Assembly (NCBI GenBank): GCA_964236955.1
Contig: CAXSGP010000009.1
Location: forward strand, 23,672 to 65,508
From: an uncultured Oligoflexus sp.
GTDB taxonomy: Bacteria > Bdellovibrionota_B > Oligoflexia > Oligoflexales > Oligoflexaceae
DNA: 41,837 bases
Reading direction: 5' to 3'
A program made the translations under genes and the position numbers. The first letter of the stretch is position 1, and every line of letters starts with the position of its first letter. Shown here one piece after another: positions 28,049 to 36,931 of this stretch. The notes below the pieces were generated by a model. The model made no database searches and had not been told where the DNA came from. It saw only the letters and a list, made by a program, of their open reading frames with translations.

Positions 28049-29533
28049 ATGTCAAGTTTGTCCTCTACTCTAGAAGCGGCTGTTCCCAATCGGGGTTTTT
28101 TTGAACACCGCCACTGTAAGATTATAGGGACTCTAGGGCCCTCGTCTTCCACCTACGAAATACAAAAGCAGCTGATTGAGGCCGGACTGAACGTGGCTCG
28201 CCTGAATTTTTCGCACGGAGATCATGAAACTCATGCGAAAAACATTGCGTCCATTCGCCGGGCAAGTGCCGAATTGGGGCGTCCTGTGGCGATTCTCCAG
28301 GATTTGCAAGGTCCCAAGATTCGTGTCGGTCGTCTGATCGGCGGATCTCAGGAGATTGTCAACAACGAAATTCTTCGTTTACGCTACGGTGTGGAACAAG
28401 ACGATCGTAAGGTCATTCCTATCGACTATCGTGGTCTCGTTCACGATGTTAAAGCGGGCCAGCGAGTCATGATGGACGATGGTCTCCTTCTTCTTCAGGT
28501 TCTGGAAGTGCAGGAAGAATCTGTTCTCGTCACCGTCCTTGAGGGTGGTCTTCTCAAAAACCGCAAAGGCGTGAACTTTCCCGACTCCAAGCTGTCCATT
28601 CCGGCTATGACCGACAAAGACAGCAAGGATTTACTCTTTGGAATCGCCAATCGCGTCGATTACGTCGCCTTGTCGTTCGTTCAGGATCCAGCCGATATTC
28701 TTCAGGTCAAAGCGATGATCAAAGCGCTGGGCTCCGACGTACCGGTGATAGCGAAGATTGAGATGCTTCCCGCGCTGGAACACATCGATGCCATCGCCGA
28801 AGTTGCCGACGCATTAATGGTCGCCAGGGGTGACCTTGGTGTGGAAGCAAACGTTGAGCGGGTTCCCAACCTCCAGAAGAAGATCATCGCCGCAGCTCAA
28901 AAAGCCGGCAAGCCCGTTATCATTGCCACCCAGATGCTAGAATCCATGATCACCAACCCTCGCGCCAGTCTAGCTGAAGTTGCTGACGTTGCCAACGGTG
29001 TGCTGGACGGAGCCGACTGTTTGATGCTTTCAGGCGAAGTTGCCTCGGGCCGCTATCCTATCGAGTGCGTTAAGCGTATGGCCTCCATCATCGAGCAGGT
29101 TGAAGCCTGGACCTTCAAACGTCCATCGCCGGTCAGCATCGCTGACAAGACCCTGACCGAAGGCAACTGGGAAACTCATGAGTCGATTGCAGTGGCAGCC
29201 TGCGAATCCGCGGATGCTTTGAATGCCAAGGCAATCGTCTGCATGACCTTGACGGGGGCGATAGCCAAATCCATCTCGCGTTGGCGTCCCAATACTCCTA
29301 TCATAGCGATCAGTCCAAGACCGGATGTTACAAGGCGTCTGGCTTTGGTCTGGGGCGTGCAGGGCGTGAACAATGAATCCTTTTATAATGCAGATTCCCT
29401 GGTGCAAGAACTTCCGAAATTCCTAAAAGCCTTGGGCATTGTGGAATCCGGTGACGTCGTGGTGATCACAGCCGGAATTCCGATCAACCAGATGAAGCCG
29501 ACCAACATGATCAAGATCAACCGTATTCCCTGA
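28049..29533 (+). CDS. pyk: Pyruvate kinase
   Basis: KIIGTLGPS, ARLNFSHG, DLQGPKIR, IAKIE, MVARGDLGVE, ATQMLESM, MLSGE. ATG 28049 follows AAAGGA. Confidence 0.97.
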   Translation: MSSLSSTLEAAVPNRGFFEHRHCKIIGTLGPSSSTYEIQKQLIEAGLNVARLNFSHGDHETHAKNIASIRRASAELGRPVAILQDLQGPKIRVGRLIGGSQEIVNNEILRLRYGVEQDDRKVIPIDYRGLVHDVKAGQRVMMDDGLLLLQVLEVQEESVLVTVLEGGLLKNRKGVNFPDSKLSIPAMTDKDSKDLLFGIANRVDYVALSFVQDPADILQVKAMIKALGSDVPVIAKIEMLPALEHIDAIAEVADALMVARGDLGVEANVERVPNLQKKIIAAAQKAGKPVIIATQMLESMITNPRASLAEVADVANGVLDGADCLMLSGEVASGRYPIECVKRMASIIEQVEAWTFKRPSPVSIADKTLTEGNWETHESIAVAACESADALNAKAIVCMTLTGAIAKSISRWRPNTPIIAISPRPDVTRRLALVWGVQGVNNESFYNADSLVQELPKFLKALGIVESGDVVVITAGIPINQMKPTNMIKINRIP

Positions 29534-29565
29534 AGTTTGCTTTCTGAGTCTATACCTTTGCTATG

Positions 29566-29594
29566 GGCCTTCTTTATTTTTAATGAGGAAGGCC
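29566..29594. terminator. Hairpin between convergent pyk and thioesterase genes
   Basis: GGCCTTCTTTATT-ttt-AATGAGGAAGGCC, a 13-bp stem with two G-U pairs on the + strand. Confidence 0.65.
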
Positions 29595-29604
29595 TTAGTC
29601 CTGG

Positions 29605-30036
29605 CTATATCCCCGCTATGCTTTTCATTCCAATCGCATGCAACCATTCGGCCGTGGGCAAGACCAGTTTACGCGCCTTCGTATCGAAGAGCCCCATTGT
29701 CATTAGGGCCTGACAGCAGATCTCTGCCTGCTCGTTAAGAATATCCTGGCGCAGAACACCAATTTTCTTATCATAGGAAACCCCTTGAGATTCGATGATT
29801 ATCGTATCGCGGAGTTTGATTTCCTTTTTAAATTTTATGCTCCATTCAAGGACCGTTGGACCCAGGCCCATGCGCTGAATTTCCGAGATGCCGAAGCCAC
29901 GTGGCACTATGAAATCCCAACGGGCCTCCTCTAATAGGGTGAGATAGACAGCATTGTTCACGTGTCCAAAGGTATCAAGGTGGTGCTCCTTGATAAGGAT
30001 ACGGGTATGAAAGGTTTCAAACTCCGGCTGGCTCAT
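29605..30036 (-). CDS. Acyl-CoA thioesterase (hotdog fold, 4HBT/YbgC family)
   Basis: LDTFGHVNNAVYL..LEEARW. ATG 30036 follows GGGAG. Confidence 0.9.
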   Translation of the reverse strand: MSQPEFETFHTRILIKEHHLDTFGHVNNAVYLTLLEEARWDFIVPRGFGISEIQRMGLGPTVLEWSIKFKKEIKLRDTIIIESQGVSYDKKIGVLRQDILNEQAEICCQALMTMGLFDTKARKLVLPTAEWLHAIGMKSIAGI

Positions 30037-30075
30037 AAAGACTCCCAAAAAAATTGAGATAAAAATAGCTAGGCT

Positions 30076-30645
30076 TCAAGCTTTCAGATAACTCAGGGCA
30101 TGACGCTTCAGCATCTTGACCTTGTCAGCATCGCCTGAAATACGGCCGAGGAATTGACTTCCTATACCGAGTGAAATAACGAATTCGGCAAGCTCTCCAC
30201 AGTCCAGGTCCTGTCGGAAGATGCCCTGGCACTGACCTTCGGCGATGACCCTGCGCACCCAGCCCGCCTGGGTTTCCTGCATGGCGATCATGCGCTTTTT
30301 CATGGCCGCAGGCAGGGAAAAGACCTCGGCATTTAGGCTTGCCAGAGGACAGTAGAGACTGCCCTTTTGTGAAAATTTAAAAATCACGTCAAAGAACGCC
30401 GCGACCTTGAGGTCTGGAGCCATTTCGCTCAGGGTCTCAGTCCATTGTACGAACCAATTCTTGAAACTCTCAAGCATGTCGAGGCCGAGCGCTTCTTTCG
30501 ATTCGAAGTGAGCATAGAGGCTGGGCTTTTTGATGCCGAGGCTGTCGGCAATATGCTGAAAACTGAAGCCATGAAAACCAAGCTTCTGCAAAAGGTTCAG
30601 GCCTTCGCGAATCGCGCGCTGTTTGGTATTCAGTTCGATAGCCAT
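30076..30645 (-). CDS. TetR/AcrR-family transcriptional regulator
   Basis: HTH GFHGFSFQHIADSLGIKKPSLYAHFESKEAL, C-terminal CPL and G..QGIFR. ATG 30645 lies downstream of the promoter listed next. Confidence 0.92.
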   Translation of the reverse strand: MAIELNTKQRAIREGLNLLQKLGFHGFSFQHIADSLGIKKPSLYAHFESKEALGLDMLESFKNWFVQWTETLSEMAPDLKVAAFFDVIFKFSQKGSLYCPLASLNAEVFSLPAAMKKRMIAMQETQAGWVRRVIAEGQCQGIFRQDLDCGELAEFVISLGIGSQFLGRISGDADKVKMLKRHALSYLKA

Positions 30646-30665
30646 CGTTCGCCTTTCCCTAATCA

Positions 30666-30700
30666 TAGGTAGGTTATACCTATCTAAAGGTAGGCTGCAA
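30666..30700 (-). promoter_or_regulatory. sigma70 promoter with overlapping palindromic TetR-type operator
   Basis: Minus strand TTGCAG-N16-TATAAC. The spacer is the imperfect palindrome CCTATC-taaa-GGTAGG (30679-30694), and a second imperfect palindrome TAGGTAGG-ttata-CCTATCTA spans 30666-30686. Confidence 0.65.
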
Positions 30701-30798
30701 GAAAAAAGGCGCTGCACCCAAGCTGGTAATCATTACGGGGCTTTGTTATGCTGCCTGGAACTTACTATCGGCGTCGAACAATCAAGGATTGAACTGTT

Positions 30799-31656
30799 AT
30801 GGAACAACCCGTCCTATCTGGATTAGATTCCTTTATATTGGGAATCGTTGAAGGCATCACTGAGTTTCTGCCCGTATCCTCGACCGGACATTTGGTTCTT
30901 ACTTCAGAACTTCTGGGCCTGCGGGGTCAGGCTGAGCGAACAGCCGAGCAAATTGCAGCGATACAAGCCTTCGAAATCGTCATTCAGGCTGGCGCGATTC
31001 TCGCGGTCCTCTTTCTCTACAAAAAGGCGATATTGGATTTAATCGCCGGGGTTTTGGGTCGCAGCCCCAATGGGCGCAAACTCTTCATCAATATCTCTAT
31101 CGCCTGCTTTCCGGTATTGGCCGTCGGGTTTTTGGCCAAAGATTTTATCAGTGAGCATCTGCAATTTACGGGTCCCGTTTTGATCGCGATGGTTGTGGGC
31201 GGAATGCTGATGATAGTCTTTGAACGATACTTCGTAAAGGGCGACGAAGTCGAGGGTCAGGTGCCGCTCCGGCTTTACGATCTTACTCATAAACAGGCTG
31301 CTTTTATTGGTTTCCTGCAATGCTTTGCCCTCTTCCCCGGTACCTCACGATCCATGGTGACGATCTTTGGCGGGATGCTGGCAGGCTTTAAACGGCCGAT
31401 GGCAGCGGAGTTTTCGTTTCTCGTCGGCCTTCCCGTCCTCCTTCTCGCGACCGCTTATAAAGGCCTCAAGAGCGGCCCCCTTCTCATGGAATACATTGGA
31501 CCCAGCGCCTTAATCATCGGCCTGTTAACCTCAGCGGTCTGTGCCTTCTTCGCTGTGAAGTGGCTGGTGGCATTTCTAAATAAGAGAGGCCTTGCCGGCT
31601 TCGGCTGGTATCGCCTAGTCCTGGCCGCCGTGATCTATTTCGCAGTTGGTGTCTGA
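30799..31656 (+). CDS. uppP: Undecaprenyl-diphosphate phosphatase
   Basis: LGIVEGITEFLPVSSTGHL, FEIVIQAGAILAV, PGTSRS, AAEFSFL. Confidence 0.96.
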   Translation: MEQPVLSGLDSFILGIVEGITEFLPVSSTGHLVLTSELLGLRGQAERTAEQIAAIQAFEIVIQAGAILAVLFLYKKAILDLIAGVLGRSPNGRKLFINISIACFPVLAVGFLAKDFISEHLQFTGPVLIAMVVGGMLMIVFERYFVKGDEVEGQVPLRLYDLTHKQAAFIGFLQCFALFPGTSRSMVTIFGGMLAGFKRPMAAEFSFLVGLPVLLLATAYKGLKSGPLLMEYIGPSALIIGLLTSAVCAFFAVKWLVAFLNKRGLAGFGWYRLVLAAVIYFAVGV

Positions 31657-31702
31657 AGGCGAAGCAGCTGAAGTCAAAAACGCCTCTATGAAAGGGAGCC
31701 CC

Positions 31703-32095
31703 ATGGCTATTGTCACGTTCAAAGTTTCTCGTGATGGCAAAGAAATAAAGATAGCAAGGCAGGCGACCGCCATCAATGTCCTGGTCTGCCTTGAAAAAGA
31801 TGGTGTGAAAAGTGTTACCGCAATAGAAAAGAGCGGAGCCAAACACACGATACTCATGGATTTCGACGATGCCCTCGATCTATGGCACAAGGCTTTTAAA
31901 AAGCCGGCTGTGGGGACCTATCGATTTGTGGAAAGCAATGCTCAAGGCTGGGGTCCCATCGCTATCACAGCCGATCATATCGCTGGCATTGAGGACGCCG
32001 ATGGCAAGGTTCTCATCAAACTTAAGAATGGGGCTGAGATTCATTCCGTGCAGACCATCGATGAAGCAGTCGAACGCTGGAAAGACAGTAACTGA
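31703..32095 (+). CDS. Hypothetical protein with two similar halves (possibly tandem FlbD/SwrD-like)
   Basis: ATG 31703 follows AAAGGGAG. Halves end in FDDALDLW and IDEAVERW. Confidence 0.65.
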   Translation: MAIVTFKVSRDGKEIKIARQATAINVLVCLEKDGVKSVTAIEKSGAKHTILMDFDDALDLWHKAFKKPAVGTYRFVESNAQGWGPIAITADHIAGIEDADGKVLIKLKNGAEIHSVQTIDEAVERWKDSN

Positions 32096-32120
32096 TCGAA
32101 TGAGACGACCTTCAAATTCA

Positions 32121-32149
32121 AATGGCGCCTGCTTGCACACGGCGCCATT
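32121..32149. terminator. Hairpin between convergent genes
   Basis: AATGGCGCC-N11-GGCGCCATT, a perfect 9-bp inverted repeat. Confidence 0.65.
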
Positions 32150-32183
32150 CTCATTTTCAAAAGGTGTATAGATTCTGATGGAC

Positions 32184-32702
32184 TTAGTGACCTGTACAAG
32201 AATTGAAGGTGTGACCAGTCAGCTCGACGATTTGAATGCTGGGGTCAGCTTCAATGCGTTCGTCGATCGCCGGTGCACAGATGTCTGCTACGCTTTGAAC
32301 GCTATCCAGGGCGGCGCAGGATAGCTCGATATCAACTGCTGGAATGGTTGTGCGAACCTGCTCGAGAGTCGTACATGAAGCGGGTGTCGAGGGCATTTCC
32401 ATCGATTCGCTTTTGAATGGCACTTCATAGCCTTTAAGGTTGAAGGAAGCTCCTATTTCTTTGCTATTGGCAACTTGCAGAGCATCGGCCTGGGCGGCGG
32501 CTGGGCGCCATTGGGTTAGTACTTGCTTACAGCTGACGATCGCCTTAAATGGTTTCAGCTGTTCGTTTTGCAGCAATTCCGAACACTTTGCCTTGATCCC
32601 GGCGAGATCCATAGTCTGACCCTGTTGCGCTGAGGCAGCAAAAGCCGACGCTGATAGACAGAGAGACAGAGCGAGTGCAGAACCCAATTTTAAAATTTTC
32701 AT
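32184..32702 (-). CDS. Hypothetical secreted protein with six Cys in the mature part
   Basis: Sec signal peptide ending ASAFA, RBS AAGGA, 37 nt downstream of the second TGase-like gene. Confidence 0.8.
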   Translation of the reverse strand: MKILKLGSALALSLCLSASAFAASAQQGQTMDLAGIKAKCSELLQNEQLKPFKAIVSCKQVLTQWRPAAAQADALQVANSKEIGASFNLKGYEVPFKSESMEMPSTPASCTTLEQVRTTIPAVDIELSCAALDSVQSVADICAPAIDERIEADPSIQIVELTGHTFNSCTGH

Positions 32703-32739
32703 GTTCTATTCCTTATTGTGTGTTATAGGCCAACTCTGA

Positions 32740-34233
32740 TCAAATCGCATCATCAAGCATGCCGGCTTTGACCAATAGTTTACGGATTTCTTCGTGGTTC
32801 TTTCTAAGCTCGGGATTCCCCTGATTACCATTGACTGCAGAACCTGGCAGATAAACCATATCAGGGTGAAAGTTAATGCTAGCGCCTATCCATTCCCCGG
32901 CGATCACCTTATAGCGACCATCGACTCCGACTTTTGGCTCATGGAACAGTCGGTATTCGTAGAGGGGGGCAGCCAGGTCACCAACGACATTAGTGGGACT
33001 GTCACTCACGTCTGCCCTTTGACGGGTCATCCATGGATAAGCTTTGACGAGAACAGCATCCTTGAATTCAGGGTCCCTCGTAAACTTAAAGCTCATGCGA
33101 AAAAGCGGCTTCGACCAAACTTCGGGACCTGGATCCTCATCGACGATAAGTGGCTTTTGTTGGACACCAACAATTTGTTCGACAAGCTTATGGAAGGCTT
33201 CAGGACGTAAGTCCTGAATCTGACCATCAGTACTTGCTGAGCCCTGATAACGACGGCCATATACCTTGGGGCCGTAGCCTTCAAAGTATTTGATAGCAAT
33301 TGCTTTAAGATCGCTGGGCGAGAAATAGACGCCATTGGCGACAAAAATTTGTGTTGGTTCCCGGGTCATGGTCGAAGCGAGAGCCCACGAATCACAGAGC
33401 CCCTCCCACTCGGCGGCGTTGGGGTCAAAATGGTCTTTTTCCCATTGAGCGCTCTGACTCTGAATATTATTTGTCATAAAGTAACCATCAAGCTTGCTAA
33501 GCGGAGCTTGATCACCGTTGAAGAGCTGGTTGTCCCTTTTTGGATACCAGTAGGCAGACCAGGGGATGTTTTGATCGGCTATCTTATAGATGGTGGTCTT
33601 GACGGGAGCTGCCCCCACTTCCTGTATGTCTGCGGGATCAAGAGTAAGCTCCCCAAAATCGTTAAGGACCTCCCGAGTCGCTGCCAATTCCTGCGTCGCA
33701 TAGGTGAGTTTATAGCCTGCATCAGGGATCGCCGAGTTTGCGGCGATCAAGGTCTTAAGAGCCTCATAACGCTGATGGATCGGGTCTATATTGCCTTCGC
33801 CCTGCCGATAGGCTTCCCGTATTTCCATCAGTTCATTGAGTTGAATCTGAGCCTGATAGATCTTATTGTTATCGTGAGTAGCCGTAATGGTGGTGAGGTC
33901 ACTCTGGGCCTGGTCAATCTGCTTTTGATTGTCGGCGCAGCGAATAGCAAAATCGGCTCGGCACGCCACCGGCTTTGCCACACTCACGACGGCGCTGCCC
34001 ATAGGCTGATTCGAATTCCCAACGATCGGTGGGTTTGAATTCCCGTCATGGACTGGGGATTCTGCAGAGCCCGGATTTCCGCCATTAGGCTGACCCACAT
34101 TATTGTTGGTTCCCACCAAGGCGGTGGAATCGGGCTGCTCGCCCGTTGCATGATCGCCTGAACCACTTTTTCCTGAACAGGCAACGATACTGAAGCATAT
34201 TGATACGGACAGAACTCCGTCATACCATCTCAT
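32740..34233 (-). CDS. Second, divergent transglutaminase-elicitor-family lipoprotein
   Basis: Lipobox IVAC-S, low-complexity N/P/G linker, helical region, then PWSAYWYP, APLSKLD, WEGLCDSWALAS, SDLKAI, DLRPEAFH, EVWSKP, YEYRL..IAGEW, HPDM, in the same order as in 8096..9847. Confidence 0.72.
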   Translation of the reverse strand: MRWYDGVLSVSICFSIVACSGKSGSGDHATGEQPDSTALVGTNNNVGQPNGGNPGSAESPVHDGNSNPPIVGNSNQPMGSAVVSVAKPVACRADFAIRCADNQKQIDQAQSDLTTITATHDNNKIYQAQIQLNELMEIREAYRQGEGNIDPIHQRYEALKTLIAANSAIPDAGYKLTYATQELAATREVLNDFGELTLDPADIQEVGAAPVKTTIYKIADQNIPWSAYWYPKRDNQLFNGDQAPLSKLDGYFMTNNIQSQSAQWEKDHFDPNAAEWEGLCDSWALASTMTREPTQIFVANGVYFSPSDLKAIAIKYFEGYGPKVYGRRYQGSASTDGQIQDLRPEAFHKLVEQIVGVQQKPLIVDEDPGPEVWSKPLFRMSFKFTRDPEFKDAVLVKAYPWMTRQRADVSDSPTNVVGDLAAPLYEYRLFHEPKVGVDGRYKVIAGEWIGASINFHPDMVYLPGSAVNGNQGNPELRKNHEEIRKLLVKAGMLDDAI

Positions 34234-34733
34234 TATTGGGTATCCCTTTTATCGTAAAACGTAGGCTTAAATGCATTGCGATCAAGAAGCAAAGGTGTCG
34301 ACGTCCACTTTGAACTCCAGCACTTTTCTGACTTTCGAAGTGCCTAGTTCTTTTCTTCCTAAGCGACTTATAACCTCCGCGTTTTCCTCTCGCAATGATG
34401 AAGGAAGTTTTTTTGGCCCGGAATATCTCTGACGTCAATATAAGAGTGAGCTTTTGACATTCGATGCTGCCTTTTCCAAAACATTTCATAGCAAGGCTTT
34501 CCAGTAAATAAGGCGCCGCGGAAAAACCAAATTCACAAGGGAATAGGCAAAAAAAAAAATTATTTCAATGAATTATCATGAGATTTTTTTGAGGCTAAAG
34601 ACTGTCATTTATACATAATAACGGCGTTTAACTGTCTAAATCCAATGCAAAACATAAGAGACGTGGGTTAATTTTCCAGGGGGGCGCATGGGCAAGGGGG
34701 CCGAAAGCAGAAGATGGGATCTATCCAGGAATC

Positions 34734-34762
34734 AAAAAAGCAGGCCTATTCGATTAGCCTGC
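34734..34762 (-). terminator. Intrinsic terminator
   Basis: Minus strand GCAGGC-N11-GCCUGC followed by UUUUUU. Confidence 0.75.
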
Positions 34763-34786
34763 CTGCATCTTATAGGGAAATGCGAC

Positions 34787-35374
34787 TCATTTAGGATGAG
34801 CGGCTGCATCAGCTGCGGCCTTCTTTAGCTTCACCTTTTTTGATTTCGCAAGGGACTTGCTGGTTTTTTTTGCTTTGGCTTTTGAAACGATGGCTTTCTT
34901 GCCGGTCTTCTTAGACGTAACGGCAGCCTTGCCTTTTTTCACGGCCGCAGGCTTGGTGACCACTGCTTTTTTCTCAACAATGGGATGGGCAATCGCCGGT
35001 GCAGGTGCAACCGGCGCGGCGGCTGGTGGTGGCACGGCTGTAGGAGGCAACGCGGCATCCTTAAGCTTAGCATCGGAGTCATCCGACGGAGGCATATCGC
35101 CTGGCATCGCATCGGGATCATCAGCTTTGCCTGTATCCTCTGATTCAGAGGATGAAGACTTAAACAGTCCTTTGCCAGATTCTGTGGTAAAGAAATATCC
35201 TCCACCCGCGGCAAGCAGGACAACCGCAGCCAAAATTATTTTTTTGACGGGAGAAGCCTTGGGAATGGTGATCGAACTTGTCGATCCCAGTGATTTGAGC
35301 TCTGACAAGGCGGATTTCTCATGAACGCTTTCTTCCAACTTTGCTTCTTTTTTGTCTTTCTTCTTATCTTTCAT
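34787..35374 (-). CDS. Hypothetical single-pass membrane protein with Pro/Ala linker and Lys/Ala-rich tail
   Basis: RBS GAGG, TM IILAAVVLLAAGGGYFF, then acidic, Pro-Ala and highly basic segments. Confidence 0.75.
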   Translation of the reverse strand: MKDKKKDKKEAKLEESVHEKSALSELKSLGSTSSITIPKASPVKKIILAAVVLLAAGGGYFFTTESGKGLFKSSSSESEDTGKADDPDAMPGDMPPSDDSDAKLKDAALPPTAVPPPAAAPVAPAPAIAHPIVEKKAVVTKPAAVKKGKAAVTSKKTGKKAIVSKAKAKKTSKSLAKSKKVKLKKAAADAAAHPK

Positions 35375-35459
35375 GCCTAGCCTCGGGAGGATGGTTGCTC
35401 AGTATTTTAAATTCAGGTTTGGTTTGAATTTTTTCTCTATTAAAATCAGACCCAATGAA

Positions 35460-35487
35460 ATATCGGCGCATAGTGGTAAAAACTTAA
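35460..35487 (-). promoter_or_regulatory. sigma28/FliA-like promoter
   Basis: Minus strand TTAAG-N15-GCCGATAT, nearly canonical TAAA-N15-GCCGATAA. Confidence 0.7.
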
Positions 35488-35705
35488 GGTGCCCCTAGAA
35501 GTCATAAAAAAGTCATTTTATTCCGTTGCCTGCGGCAAGGGCTCAAGGCCGACATCCAAAAATGGGGTGAAATTTCGATTTTCAATGGGCTTGGTCCGAC
35601 CGTCCCACGGCTTCGTTGCGCGGGCTCGCCGGAGCAGATCTTGCTACTATAATCGGGACTTGGGCTTGACGATAAATAGGGAACCGGGCGGGGCCGGTAG
35701 GAGCC

Positions 35706-36776
35706 TTAAGCGTTTTTCTTTTGTTTTTCGTCACAAAAGAGTTCGTCCCTATCGATAAGGTGCGGCTTGCCCACGTCATCAAAATCAATTGGGTAGCGAA
35801 GGATCAGACCGTTGACCTGGTTTCGCCCCAGGCGCTTGCTTCGATAGAGCATAAGGTCCGAGCCTCGGATCAGGTCATCGGATTTACCTTCAAAGCCGGC
35901 ATCAACCCAGGCCACTCCAAAACTCGCGGTAAGCTTAAAGCTATACTGTTCCTTCTTAAATACGCTTCGTACGATCAGATCATGAACCTTATCGGCAATT
36001 TGCCAAACCTGCTTCACTTCTTCCGATGGCACGGCGATGATGTATTCGTCGCCGCCGTAGCGCGCCGCAAGCGAGCCTTCGGTCAAGACTCCCGAAAAGC
36101 GCAGGAGATGACCAATCTCGGCTATTACAAAGCTGCCGACGAGATGGTTCGCCGTATCGTTAATACTCTTGAATCGATCGAGGTCGAACATAATAAGGCC
36201 CAGTCCATGGTGTTTTTCCCGGCAGTTCCTGATAAGTTTTTGATATTCAATATTGAAGGATCGCATGTTGCTAAGCCCGGTGAGTTCATCGGTGAGACTG
36301 AGCTGCTTGAGCTTATGGTTCGCCGTTCGGAGGCTATCCGTCATGAGCTTGAATCGATAGATCGAATGGATACGGGCCAGGAACTCGTGATCGTCGACAC
36401 GGGTATCGATGAGATCATCGGCTCCGCATTCCAAGACCTTATCGAGATCGACCATACCGGGATCTAAGGAGTTCTCACTATAGAAGATAATGCCGGAATG
36501 CCGGTCTCTCTCAACTTTACGAATAAGCTGGCAGAGGCGAAAGGCTTCTGCACCCAGGTCATCGACATTGATAATCACCACATCGGGGTGCTCGGCATGA
36601 AAGATATCGAGAACTTGGCTGTTGCCATCGGCGAGATGGACCGCATCTATCGCCAGCGGAAGATCTGGGTTATCATGGAAACTAGCTGTCATGAAGAAAC
36701 GCGCGATAGGCCCACCGCTGGCTCTAGCCTTCTCGGCGACTAGGATTTTCATGGCTCTTTTCGGTCGCGATTTCAC
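35706..36776 (-). CDS. Diguanylate cyclase with degenerate receiver domain (REC-GGDEF)
   Basis: TDELTGLSN, FDLDRFKSIND, ARYGGDEY, TASFGVA, LY.SK..GRNQV. The receiver has PDVVIINV and GADD. Confidence 0.9.
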   Translation of the reverse strand: MKSRPKRAMKILVAEKARASGGPIARFFMTASFHDNPDLPLAIDAVHLADGNSQVLDIFHAEHPDVVIINVDDLGAEAFRLCQLIRKVERDRHSGIIFYSENSLDPGMVDLDKVLECGADDLIDTRVDDHEFLARIHSIYRFKLMTDSLRTANHKLKQLSLTDELTGLSNMRSFNIEYQKLIRNCREKHHGLGLIMFDLDRFKSINDTANHLVGSFVIAEIGHLLRFSGVLTEGSLAARYGGDEYIIAVPSEEVKQVWQIADKVHDLIVRSVFKKEQYSFKLTASFGVAWVDAGFEGKSDDLIRGSDLMLYRSKRLGRNQVNGLILRYPIDFDDVGKPHLIDRDELFCDEKQKKNA

Positions 36777-36817
36777 TATGGATAGCTCTTCTCTAGGGTT
36801 AACTTTTCGCTGGCTCG

Positions 36818-36844
36818 TTATCGGAGAAATGCCGGAAACCTTAA
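36818..36844 (-). promoter_or_regulatory. sigma28/FliA-like promoter upstream of the diguanylate cyclase
   Basis: Minus strand TTAAG-N14-TCCGATAA. Confidence 0.65.
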
Positions 36845-36931
36845 GATAATTCGATCACTGCAAAGAACTTCGCTGAATTCGCAGGGCCTTTTGCAAGACG
36901 CGCGTCCGACCCAATTCCACGCTTTATAAAA

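Noticed and set aside
34549..34559. A11 homopolymer as a phase-variation tract
   Set aside because: It is intergenic, over 300 nt from the next start, and not within a recognisable promoter.
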